Virus record (IMG/VR): IMGVR_UViG_3300044645_002359
Location: 137,261-201,260 of that record
Strand: one strand, 5' to 3'
Length of the DNA: 64,000 bases
The notes beneath the pieces are model-generated. The model did not search any database. It saw only the letters and a list, made by a program, of their open reading frames with translations, and had not been told where the DNA came from. Shown piece after piece: positions 18,962 through 26,852 of the stretch. Both the position numbers and the translations under genes were made by a program. How positions within the stretch are numbered: position 1 is the stretch's first letter; each line of letters opens with the position of its first letter.

Positions 18962-20587
18962 GTGAGTAGTAAATTCCTGTGGCAAAGTTTCTCCTCAAGA
19001 CTTGAAAAGGCAGGTGAGGAAGCCCTAAGAGCTCTCCAGGAAGAAGCAAGAATAGAAAAGCAAACTAAAAGTGCTTCTTCCCCTGAGGGAGACCACACAA
19101 GTCTAGAGATACAAAGGGCGAAGGAAAAAGCTTCTCAGTCTTCAGGGAAAGTTAAAAAATGTTCCACAGGCAAACCTTGTTCTGCGACGTGTATTCACAA
19201 AAATGATGATTGTATATCGACTTTGCCTGCTCCCCTTGGAATTGCCTTAACAAGGCTTTCTAAAGTCCTCTCCGAGCAAGTGGGCGAAAATAGAATTTCA
19301 GAAGAACAGGCAGAAGAGGTTGTATCAAAGATAAAAAGTACAGAAGATTCTCAACTAAAGGCGTTTGACCTCTTTAAGAAACTAGTTGATTCTGGTAAAG
19401 CGTCCGAGACAGAAATGGACTCGGTCGCCAAGCTCCTTATTAGCACCACTTTGACCCCTGGCCAAGACAGAAATGCCCCTCGTGTAATGAGCTTCGACGA
19501 TATCGAGGCGGTCTTGAAGCCAGGGAAATTAGAACAGCTAGAACAAGCTTATCAAAATTCTTTCAGCTCGAAAGGGAAATTCGACCCCTCTCAGAAAGGG
19601 GGAATGGGGGATCTAATAAGTTCGAAGTACCTGGTAAATAAGGTCTCAGATGAGGTTGCAACCGCTGCTTACTATATGCTCCCCTCAAAAGTGCGGTCTG
19701 CCATAGACAAGGCGGGTGCTGTTAAAGGAGAGTCTGTAATGTTCGCCGGCAATGATAAAGACGGTAACCCTACTTTTTCTGACAAACCTTCACGAGAGAG
19801 AGGAATTTTCTTGGTTAAACGCTGGATGGAACAAGGGGAACTGGACCCTTACACAGGAAAACCCATTGACATAAGAAATGCAGAGCCGGAGCACATGGTT
19901 GCATTCGCCCATGCACTCGCAAAGGGTGGTGGTGGTGACCAACCTCGCAACCTGCTTTGGTCGGCATCTCAACCAAACAACCAAAAAGCTGGGTCAGACG
20001 ATAATTTCATGGAGTGGAAAAAACGTCTTCAAGAGTTTAAGAAAATGGGTAGAGAGGCTTACGAACGTGAAGTATATAACCCCGCTGCAAACAAAGCCGA
20101 AGAAGCCAGAGGTAAGAAGGGTTCTGCCTCCGCAGATATAGCCAAAGCTTTATCGTCTCAAACACCAGAAGAAAGAATTGCAGGAGTGAAAGGACTGATA
20201 CAGGCTTACGGGGATAAAGTTCGATATCTGGTAAGAGCGGCTGAGGTAGGCTGGCAACATCAGGATAGAGACTTAGATCACAGAATGGGTGGCAAACCCG
20301 CGTTCATGAACAACGGGGTTCCAAAACTACCCGGAACCAATGTGAAGCCGAGCACAGCGGTTTTGGTAGCATTGGCTGCTGTGGACCCTTCGAAAAAAGA
20401 AGCTCTCAAGGAAGGGTTAGAGGATTTAAGAAAAGCTCGTATTTTGACCGACGGTGAAGCGCAGTCTGTGAGGGGGGATAATAGCGCACGACTTAAACTT
20501 CAGACGCAAAAGAGTTCAGACTACGGCGAAAAATTAGCGGAATTACTGAACAACTTTGTGCCCAATATAAATGTGATATTAGAGTAA
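18962..20587 (+). CDS. HNH nuclease-domain protein with N-terminal 4-Cys module
   Basis: DPYTGKPI...EPEHMVAF...DQPRNLLW...NNQK is an HNH pattern; CSTGKPCSATCIHKNDDC module. Confidence 0.65.
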   Translation: MSSKFLWQSFSSRLEKAGEEALRALQEEARIEKQTKSASSPEGDHTSLEIQRAKEKASQSSGKVKKCSTGKPCSATCIHKNDDCISTLPAPLGIALTRLSKVLSEQVGENRISEEQAEEVVSKIKSTEDSQLKAFDLFKKLVDSGKASETEMDSVAKLLISTTLTPGQDRNAPRVMSFDDIEAVLKPGKLEQLEQAYQNSFSSKGKFDPSQKGGMGDLISSKYLVNKVSDEVATAAYYMLPSKVRSAIDKAGAVKGESVMFAGNDKDGNPTFSDKPSRERGIFLVKRWMEQGELDPYTGKPIDIRNAEPEHMVAFAHALAKGGGGDQPRNLLWSASQPNNQKAGSDDNFMEWKKRLQEFKKMGREAYEREVYNPAANKAEEARGKKGSASADIAKALSSQTPEERIAGVKGLIQAYGDKVRYLVRAAEVGWQHQDRDLDHRMGGKPAFMNNGVPKLPGTNVKPSTAVLVALAAVDPSKKEALKEGLEDLRKARILTDGEAQSVRGDNSARLKLQTQKSSDYGEKLAELLNNFVPNINVILE

Positions 20588-20591
20588 AACC

Positions 20592-20927
20592 ATGAGGAGA
20601 GACAACCGCTTCCCCCGTCCCGACCGCTTCACCTTGGAGCAAGGTCTACCACCCGGCACACTGAGCCACCCTCAAGCCTATGGGGTGTGGTCGATTTTCT
20701 TGCAGTGCGACGATCCTCACGACGTTGCACACAAGTTCCGTTCCTACCGTGACAGCAACTTTTGTTCAATACCCCGTGAGCAACTCCGGGCAATGAGAGA
20801 CACCTTAATTCTTGGTATGAGGGAGTCAAATAAATCCTCGGCAAAACCGCTTAAGGAAAAGCAAAAAGGTCGGCACTATGCCGACTATGAGAATGAATGG
20901 GCGGAAAAGCCCCGCACTGGTGCCTAA
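20592..20927 (+). CDS. hypothetical protein
   Basis: 111 aa, tight spacing in operon. Confidence 0.55.
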   Translation: MRRDNRFPRPDRFTLEQGLPPGTLSHPQAYGVWSIFLQCDDPHDVAHKFRSYRDSNFCSIPREQLRAMRDTLILGMRESNKSSAKPLKEKQKGRHYADYENEWAEKPRTGA

Positions 20928-20929
20928 TT

Positions 20930-21295
20930 ATGACAAGTACGAAAGATAAAATTGAGGGGCAATACCGCATACCCTGTGGCCCGATGGACATCGCCGCCGA
21001 TGCAATTTGCCGCCGCTCATTGCGCGACCGTTTCGACAAGTTGCTCGATAGGCTGACTCTCGAAGTTAACCCTCACCTTCCCACCCCCGGAAAACTACCA
21101 AAAGACCTCGAAGTTTCTGATGACGGAAAAATCGTTGCGAAAAAAGAAGAGTCAGAGGAGGATCGCAGGAGAAAGCTCATTGACGAAGGAAAGTTTCGCG
21201 CAGAGGTTCACGCGGAAATCAAAAAGTACCGTGAGGACCTCCAAGGAAATGGGAAGATGCTACAGGATATCTCTGGTAAGTATGAGTCGATCTGA
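20930..21295 (+). CDS. hypothetical protein
   Basis: Start placed at ATG 20930, just after the previous stop; charged helical C-half. Confidence 0.55.
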   Translation: MTSTKDKIEGQYRIPCGPMDIAADAICRRSLRDRFDKLLDRLTLEVNPHLPTPGKLPKDLEVSDDGKIVAKKEESEEDRRRKLIDEGKFRAEVHAEIKKYREDLQGNGKMLQDISGKYESI

Positions 21296-21304
21296 GTCTT
21301 TCTA

Positions 21305-21315
21305 AGGGTAAAGTT
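21305..21315 (+). promoter_or_regulatory. putative late promoter box
   Basis: AGGGTAAAGTT; GGG 31 nt before ATG 21337. Confidence 0.6.
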
Positions 21316-21336
21316 ACTCAGTCTACAAACTATACA

Positions 21337-21924
21337 ATGTCCAACAGAATCAACGGTGACTTTGACTCTGACTCGATTGAAGCCTTCAGAGCAGCGTACG
21401 CAGCACAAATCCTAGAACCGGAAGACCAAGAGACAGACCAATACACTGGTCTACCCACAAACTTGGTCCTAAATACTTCCCCTTGGCTACAACACACAGG
21501 ACTGTGGAAAGCGAACGACGGCACGAACAAGGACTTCCAACCGAACCAAGTTCTGGTACCCGGCTTAGAAAATTCTGAGGAAGAAGGCGAGTACGACGAA
21601 CTTGACGATCTCTCTGAAGAAGAACTCGAAGAACTTATCGACCAGCTTCTAGCCGACGAAGGCGACGACGACGACGACGAGGAGGAAGACCTGACCTATT
21701 ATGAAGAAGATGGGGATGAGGACGAGCTTTCCGATGAAGAAGTTGAAAGGTTGATTGAGGAGCTTTTGAGTGAAGATGATGAAGAAATTTTCTTGTCAGA
21801 TGAAAATGAATACGAGGGAGAAGAAATAGAAGAACAGGAAATTACTGACGAAGAGATAGATGCCCTGATTGCAGAGATTGAAGCTGAATCCGAAGAGCTT
21901 AATTACGATCCTGAAGAAGATTGA
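21337..21924 (+). CDS. highly acidic protein, putative internal head/scaffold-like
   Basis: GDFDSDSIEAF N-motif; D/E-rich C-half with three EE..LI..L helices. Confidence 0.6.
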   Translation: MSNRINGDFDSDSIEAFRAAYAAQILEPEDQETDQYTGLPTNLVLNTSPWLQHTGLWKANDGTNKDFQPNQVLVPGLENSEEEGEYDELDDLSEEELEELIDQLLADEGDDDDDEEEDLTYYEEDGDEDELSDEEVERLIEELLSEDDEEIFLSDENEYEGEEIEEQEITDEEIDALIAEIEAESEELNYDPEED

Positions 21925-21931
21925 GGTAACA

Positions 21932-22243
21932 ATGGCAACGTTCAATGAAAGAGCTTTTCTCATACGTGCATTAGCTGGAATTTTCGTAGTTCAATTTATT
22001 ACGGTAGGTTACCAAACTTGGTCCTGCCAGTCTTCTGCCACCCAGAATAAAGACTCAACTCAGGTCACTCTTATTTGCAACAATGCCACAAATTCTTTTA
22101 ACGAGACCGGAAAACTTGCTCTAACAACGATTCTTGCTCTCCTGGTTCCTTCCTCGGGTCAAAACGTTTCTGAAATTCTTGATTCGGTGAGAGGAAACCG
22201 CAAACGTAAAGGTGAGGACGAAAATCAAGAGGGTAAAGTTTAG
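21932..22243 (+). CDS. putative membrane protein (two hydrophobic segments)
   Basis: GAGG RBS before ATG 21932; FLIRALAGIFVVQFITVGY and LALTTILALLVP. Confidence 0.55.
   Translation: MATFNERAFLIRALAGIFVVQFITVGYQTWSCQSSATQNKDSTQVTLICNNATNSFNETGKLALTTILALLVPSSGQNVSEILDSVRGNRKRKGEDENQEGKV
22230..22240 (+). promoter_or_regulatory. putative late promoter box inside the 3' end of the upstream gene
   Basis: AGGGTAAAGTT; GGG 31 nt before ATG 22262; encodes the final EGKV of the upstream ORF. Confidence 0.55.
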
Positions 22244-22261
22244 GATCACTGTAGTGTCTTT

Positions 22262-23236
22262 ATGTACGGAGCTAATTTAGATTTTTCTTCTGTGTCTTTG
22301 CCAGGGGTCGGGGGTTCTCTCAATGCAGCTACCGCCATATCCTCCGACAAACTTCAGGAAATGAATCGCACTGGCAAAAAATGGCGCACCGATAAAGACG
22401 GTAACATGTCTTTCCATAACGAAGCCATTTTGGACGCCAATAAAGCAAGTCGCGAACGAAGGGAAAACTTGGTAAATCGTGACCGAGACGCCCATGCAGA
22501 CGGTCAAGCGGCGATGAAAGAAATTTTCGGCCGAAAGAAAGCCCGGATGGAAGCCTTTCGAGAAATAAAAAGAAACGAATACAACTTTGCCGACGACACG
22601 GAACTAATGTCAATGCCACAACCTTTCGGTGAGGGTTGTTCTACAAGTTGCAAAAGCCCTGGAAAGTGTTCTTGCTCTTCCTGTAAAGCAAAAGCGAAAG
22701 CTGACTCAGAATTTCGTGAATGGACCACAGAAAAGCGCAAGAAACTTCAAACCGGTGAGGCGAAAGGGGAATTCGCCGGCCCGGGAATGTCGTTCCCGAT
22801 CGCAAGTCCAGAGGACGTTTCAGCCGCTTGGTCCTCTGTAGGACGGGCAGCGAACCCCCGTAAAATCATGGCAGAAATCATTCGCATTGCTAAGAAGTAT
22901 GGCTGGGAATCTGGCCTACCTCAGACGGTTAAAGATCGCATGGAAGAGGGTGAGTCCGGTCTACCGTCCCCTGACTTTCGTGAATGGCCTTCAACAAAGA
23001 GGGAAGCTATGAAAAAAGGCGACATTGTCGGACAATTCGCTGGCCCAGGAATGTCCTTTCCCATCGCAAGTCCACAAGATGTTTCGGCAGCTTGGTCTTC
23101 CGTTGGCCGAGCTTCAAATCCTCGCGAAACAATGGCTAAAATTATTGCAATCGCTAAGAAAAACGGCTGGGAGTCTGGACTCCCTCAGACAGTTAAAGAC
23201 CGCCTGAACGCAGGTCAGTCAGGATTACCGAGGTAA
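22262..23236 (+). CDS. putative internal head protein with tandem duplicated domain (DUF6582-like)
   Basis: Two ~77 aa copies FREW...FAGPGMSFPIASP.DVSAAWSSVGRA.NPR...GWESGLPQTVKDR; Cys-rich linker. Confidence 0.6.
   Translation: MYGANLDFSSVSLPGVGGSLNAATAISSDKLQEMNRTGKKWRTDKDGNMSFHNEAILDANKASRERRENLVNRDRDAHADGQAAMKEIFGRKKARMEAFREIKRNEYNFADDTELMSMPQPFGEGCSTSCKSPGKCSCSSCKAKAKADSEFREWTTEKRKKLQTGEAKGEFAGPGMSFPIASPEDVSAAWSSVGRAANPRKIMAEIIRIAKKYGWESGLPQTVKDRMEEGESGLPSPDFREWPSTKREAMKKGDIVGQFAGPGMSFPIASPQDVSAAWSSVGRASNPRETMAKIIAIAKKNGWESGLPQTVKDRLNAGQSGLPR
22712..23206 (+). repeat. intragenic tandem domain duplication, period 264 bp
   Basis: TTTCGTGAATGG at 22712 and 22976; near-identical translation. 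Confidence 0.85.
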
Positions 23237-23240
23237 GAAA

Positions 23241-23612
23241 ATGGGTTTAGTTGAAATTCCTCTAATCATTGCCGGTTGGTTTCTCACAGCAGGAATAGCA
23301 GGAGTAGGCGGAACTTTTGCCATTCAGGGTCGGAACAATAAGAGATTAGACACACTAAGGAGTAACTCTGATAAGAAAATTGAAAGACTTATCGAGGAAA
23401 ATGACAAGAGAATTAACACTTTGATTGCTGCCAATACCCTCCAAAATGAGAACGTATTAAATCATATTAAGAACGTAGAAAAGGCTCTTAATGACATGAG
23501 AGCCGAATTACCGGAAAAGTACACTCTCAAGTCCGACCACTTAAGATTGGTAGACAAAGTAGAAGAGTTGTCGATACAGTTCTACAGACATAGAGAGAAA
23601 GAAGGTGAGTGA
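23241..23612 (+). CDS. membrane-anchored coiled-coil protein
   Basis: N-terminal hydrophobic LVEIPLIIAGWFLTAGIAGVGG, then a heptad-rich segment. Confidence 0.55.
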   Translation: MGLVEIPLIIAGWFLTAGIAGVGGTFAIQGRNNKRLDTLRSNSDKKIERLIEENDKRINTLIAANTLQNENVLNHIKNVEKALNDMRAELPEKYTLKSDHLRLVDKVEELSIQFYRHREKEGE

Positions 23613-24117
23613 GAGCTACGACTGGCACCGGCTGGAAGGTTTGGGTTTTGACCTGAACTACATTGAAAAGGCACTTCCTGCCTCATACAAAAAAGGTCTA
23701 ACTGCACGAGAGCAAGGTGTCGCTAAGCGTGAAGCGAAAGATACTATGGAGAAGGCCAGCAGCAAGAAAACCTCGGCGAAAGAATTGTATAAAGACTGGG
23801 AGTCGGATAAGAGTTTCCGGAATAGGGAAAAAGAGATACCGAAGTCCCCAGCCACAGAAGCATTTGAGCGCGACTTTGCTGAGTCTTCCCCTTCCGACAC
23901 AGCCCTTAAGAACAAGTCAAAAAAGTCCGGCATCCCTATGCCTATACTGAGACAAGTGTTTAAGAGAGGAATGGCAGCTTGGAGGTCTGGTCACCGTCCT
24001 GGTGTTGCACCGCAGCAATGGGCTCAGGCAAGAGTGTCAAGTTTCATCACGGGAGTGGGAGGAGCACGGAAGGCTGATGCCGACCTTTGGAAAAAAGCTA
24101 AGGGTAAAAAACATTAG
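23605..24117 (+). CDS. DUF5824-like domain protein (putative internal head protein)
   Basis: ALKNKSKKSGIP..ILRQVFKRGMAAWRSGHRPG..PQQWAQARVSSF. Confidence 0.65.
   Translation: MSESYDWHRLEGLGFDLNYIEKALPASYKKGLTAREQGVAKREAKDTMEKASSKKTSAKELYKDWESDKSFRNREKEIPKSPATEAFERDFAESSPSDTALKNKSKKSGIPMPILRQVFKRGMAAWRSGHRPGVAPQQWAQARVSSFITGVGGARKADADLWKKAKGKKH
24101..24111 (+). promoter_or_regulatory. putative late promoter box inside the 3' end of the upstream gene
   Basis: AGGGTAAAAAA; GGG 32 nt before ATG 24134; encodes KGKK. Confidence 0.45.
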
Positions 24118-24133
24118 TTTAGAACTTAGAGAA

Positions 24134-24502
24134 ATGAGTAACTTGGGATCTTTTTCTCCGGAAGCTTACAGAGCTTACAAATATGGGGTTGAAAACCCGA
24201 GTAATTTCATGGGAATTGCTCCTGCATTCGAGGCAGAACCAGGGAGAAACCCTGATTCTTTTTCCATGGGCGAAGATGACGAGACTGACGAAGACGATTA
24301 CGATCCAGATTACGGGAACGAGGACTTTGAGCCGAACGGGGGCATGGCTATGACCCAACTTCGCTCTATGCAAGATAACATCGAGACTATTCTTGAAATG
24401 ATCGGTCCCTACTCAAACTTAGACCCCTGGATGGCTGCAAAGTTGGCCGAGGCTGAGCATGGTATGACAGCGATCGCCGACGCTTTACAATACAGAGATT
24501 GA
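24134..24502 (+). CDS. putative internal head protein
   Basis: Start moved to ATG 24134 (MSNLGSFSPEAYRAY); C-domain MAMTQL...LDPWMAAKL resembles small domains of cyanophage head proteins. Confidence 0.55.
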   Translation: MSNLGSFSPEAYRAYKYGVENPSNFMGIAPAFEAEPGRNPDSFSMGEDDETDEDDYDPDYGNEDFEPNGGMAMTQLRSMQDNIETILEMIGPYSNLDPWMAAKLAEAEHGMTAIADALQYRD

Positions 24503-24507
24503 TCAAA

Positions 24508-24867
24508 ATGTGGGGATCTTTCTTACAATCTGCTTATGATTCTTTCCTGGAAGCGGCTATAGAAAAGTACGTTGAGAAAGTTGACAAAAATTCACTAGAT
24601 TGCAATGACCCCCACGCCACTCCGAGTCACCCTACGAAATCTCACATAGTTAAAGCGTGCTATCCTGGAGCCCCGAAAGGTGGCAAGCTGATTCGATTCG
24701 GTCAACAAGGTGTGAAAGGGTCGCCAAAGAAAGAAGGGGAATCGGAGGCTTATAAAGCCAGACGAGAGGCTTTCAAGGCAAGACATGCTGCTAATATTGC
24801 GAAGGGTAAGTCTTCAGCTGCCTACTGGAGTAATCTGGAAGAATGGGCGGAAGACATTAAGTGGTAG
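24508..24867 (+). CDS. DUF6321-like protein (putative internal head protein)
   Basis: MWGSFLQSAY start; HPTKSHIVKAC...IRFGQQGV...RREAFKARHA.NIAKGK.SAAYW. Confidence 0.65.
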   Translation: MWGSFLQSAYDSFLEAAIEKYVEKVDKNSLDCNDPHATPSHPTKSHIVKACYPGAPKGGKLIRFGQQGVKGSPKKEGESEAYKARREAFKARHAANIAKGKSSAAYWSNLEEWAEDIKW

Positions 24868-24876
24868 GGTATAATT
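24866..24876 (+). promoter_or_regulatory. putative late promoter box (GGGTATA variant)
   Basis: AGGGTATAATT overlapping the upstream stop; GGG 33 nt before ATG 24900. Confidence 0.5.
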
Positions 24877-24899
24877 CAGGTTGTAATCAACCTTAAACA

Positions 24900-25598
24900 A
24901 TGAAACACAACCACAGAATACTGCCCGGCCACATGGGAGGCGAGTACGTAGAAGGCAATGTTATACCTGTACAAGTAACTCAGTGTGACACTAACACTGC
25001 CAACCATGTAATGTGGCACTTTGCCAACTGGTGCCTTTATGGTAAAGAAGAAGATCGAGCAGCCTATAAAGGTTTATCAGGTTGTTATAGTAAAGAAAAA
25101 ATTATCGAGGAGAGGTTGAGACTAGCTGGTCAAATGCATGTCGATTCCGGCCACATTCAAGAAATAGGCAGGATTAACGGTAAGAGAGCCATGTCTCCGG
25201 GTGGATGGTTATACATGAACAGAATAGAATATGGGCGTTTAGGCTACAAATCAGGGATAGGAAAGTCGGAAAACAGGTTAACAGGGGAACAACTATCTGA
25301 GTTGGCTAAAAAGACTTGGAGAGAAGGGAAAGGTTTGGCAGCTTTAACTCCTGAGCAAAGAAGCGAAATAGGAAAAAGAGCTGGCAAAATTAGTGGACAA
25401 GTGAACAGAGAAAATAAAACAGGGGTTTGCGGAATTCCTCCAGAAGAACACTCCAAAAGAATGTCCGAAACGAACCGTCAAAAATGGCAATGTCCCGTGT
25501 GTGGTTTAATTGGTAATGCCAAGCAAATAAACGCGCATATGGCAGCTGAACATAATCTCGATAAAAAAGCCAAAATTAAGTGTAACTCTAACCACTAG
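24900..25598 (+). mobile_element. free-standing HNH-type homing endonuclease gene
   Basis: HNHRILPGHMGG...GNVI...NHVMWH...EDRAAYKGLSG N-domain, basic helical repeats, C-terminal WQCPVCG...HMAAEH zinc finger. Confidence 0.65.
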
Positions 25599-25599
25599 G

Positions 25600-25610
25600 A
25601 GGGTAAAGTT
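25600..25610 (+). promoter_or_regulatory. putative late promoter box
   Basis: AGGGTAAAGTT; GGG 31 nt before ATG 25632. Confidence 0.6.
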
Positions 25611-25631
25611 CACTGACAGCAATCTCTAAAC

Positions 25632-26255
25632 ATGCAAGGAAATTTCGGTATCCCAAATATAGACCACCTGGTAGAAGGAGTTCACTACCACATTGTAGAT
25701 TGGGACTTTGCAGACCCTGCTCCTGCAGCCCCGACACCTACCCCTCCTCACAATCCGGGTGAATCGTGCCCACCAAATCAAAAAATGGTCTTCGGGGTAT
25801 GCCGCCGCGTGAATGCTAGCGGAGAACAACAAGTAGGAGACGACACTGACCAGGAAAGATCCCTAAAAGACCAAGCTAAGAAAGAAGGCTCGGCTTTTGA
25901 GAATAACAAGGCAATGAGTGCCGGTGGTAAGAAGTACGGTTGGGCTATGAAAGGTGGAAAACCGGTAATGGTGGCTTGGGGATCTGTAGCAGGTGAGAAA
26001 AAAGTTGGGCTCAAGAAGCCTGCTTCTGCGGCTCCACCTACCGCGCTCACCGGTTCCCCCGCTCCACGCGCTGGAGCATCCCCTGCACCCGCTAGAGCTG
26101 GTTCCCCAGCTCCAACTACAGCTCCAACAGCCCCAATATCAGCTACTGATAGAGCTGCTTATAACGCAGGAGGGGGCAATGCCGCAGCGCAAAGAGGCAC
26201 GGGGCGAACTACTGAGCAAGTTATAGCTCAAGGTAAGAAAATTTGGATAGACTAG
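25632..26255 (+). CDS. putative internal head protein, Ala/Pro-rich
   Basis: MQGNF start, WDFAD junction, CPPNQKMVFGVC and KKYGWAMKGGKPVMVAWG modules. Confidence 0.55.
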   Translation: MQGNFGIPNIDHLVEGVHYHIVDWDFADPAPAAPTPTPPHNPGESCPPNQKMVFGVCRRVNASGEQQVGDDTDQERSLKDQAKKEGSAFENNKAMSAGGKKYGWAMKGGKPVMVAWGSVAGEKKVGLKKPASAAPPTALTGSPAPRAGASPAPARAGSPAPTTAPTAPISATDRAAYNAGGGNAAAQRGTGRTTEQVIAQGKKIWID

Positions 26256-26287
26256 ATCAGGGTAAGGGTAGGCGCTGATACGAATAA

Positions 26288-26298
26288 AGGGTAAGTTA
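26288..26298 (+). promoter_or_regulatory. putative late promoter box (variant)
   Basis: AGGGTAAGTTA; GGG 42 nt before ATG 26331. Confidence 0.45.
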
Positions 26299-26330
26299 CA
26301 ATTAACAGACATACTCTCCCCACTTGGCAA

Positions 26331-26852
26331 ATGTATAACCCAAGACCCTTAGACTTAGATACATTCTCAGAACAAGAGTTGCAAATCGAAGGGTACACTC
26401 ATATGCCCACGGATTATTACAGGAACACCGTCATGGAGCCTGAAACCGTCTCCACATTAAGACCGAGTTTCGGAGAGTATGAAGCCATGGGAGAGAGGCA
26501 CGAGGAAATCTCTTCTAAGATTGACTTACTCAATCAAGCAATGAAACTTTCCCGTCAGAGGGGGGCTTTTCAAGAGTTGCAGAATCAAATGGCTGCCGTC
26601 AAGAAACTTGTAAAAGAGCGTGAAGAAATTGATGCAAAAATGGCCACTGTTGACCTTGCCCGAAAGAAAACAGATGACCACAACATTGCTGCCGGTATGG
26701 AAACTTCTTACACAGAGCAACTGGATTCGGTAAACTCTCGCATCAACCGTTTACAAAAGCTTCTTCAGGACTTCAGTGAGTCCATGGGAGAAGGTGAGTT
26801 TGACTTTACTCGTAACGGTCGTAAAGGCAAAGCCTGTGAGGAGACACAATGA
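26331..26852 (+). CDS. coiled-coil putative internal head protein
   Basis: 173 aa; DTFSEQEL, DFSES and FDFTR motifs. Confidence 0.55.
   Translation: MYNPRPLDLDTFSEQELQIEGYTHMPTDYYRNTVMEPETVSTLRPSFGEYEAMGERHEEISSKIDLLNQAMKLSRQRGAFQELQNQMAAVKKLVKEREEIDAKMATVDLARKKTDDHNIAAGMETSYTEQLDSVNSRINRLQKLLQDFSESMGEGEFDFTRNGRKGKACEETQ

Noticed and set aside
24002-24133. Listed 5' extension of the 24002-24502 ORF
   Set aside because: It overlaps the DUF5824-like gene; the late box and GSF motif support ATG 24134
24830-25600. Group I intron carrying the HNH gene
   Set aside because: Only about 70 nt lie before the ORF and none after it, too little for a catalytic core; rejoined exons do not restore a W-ending frame
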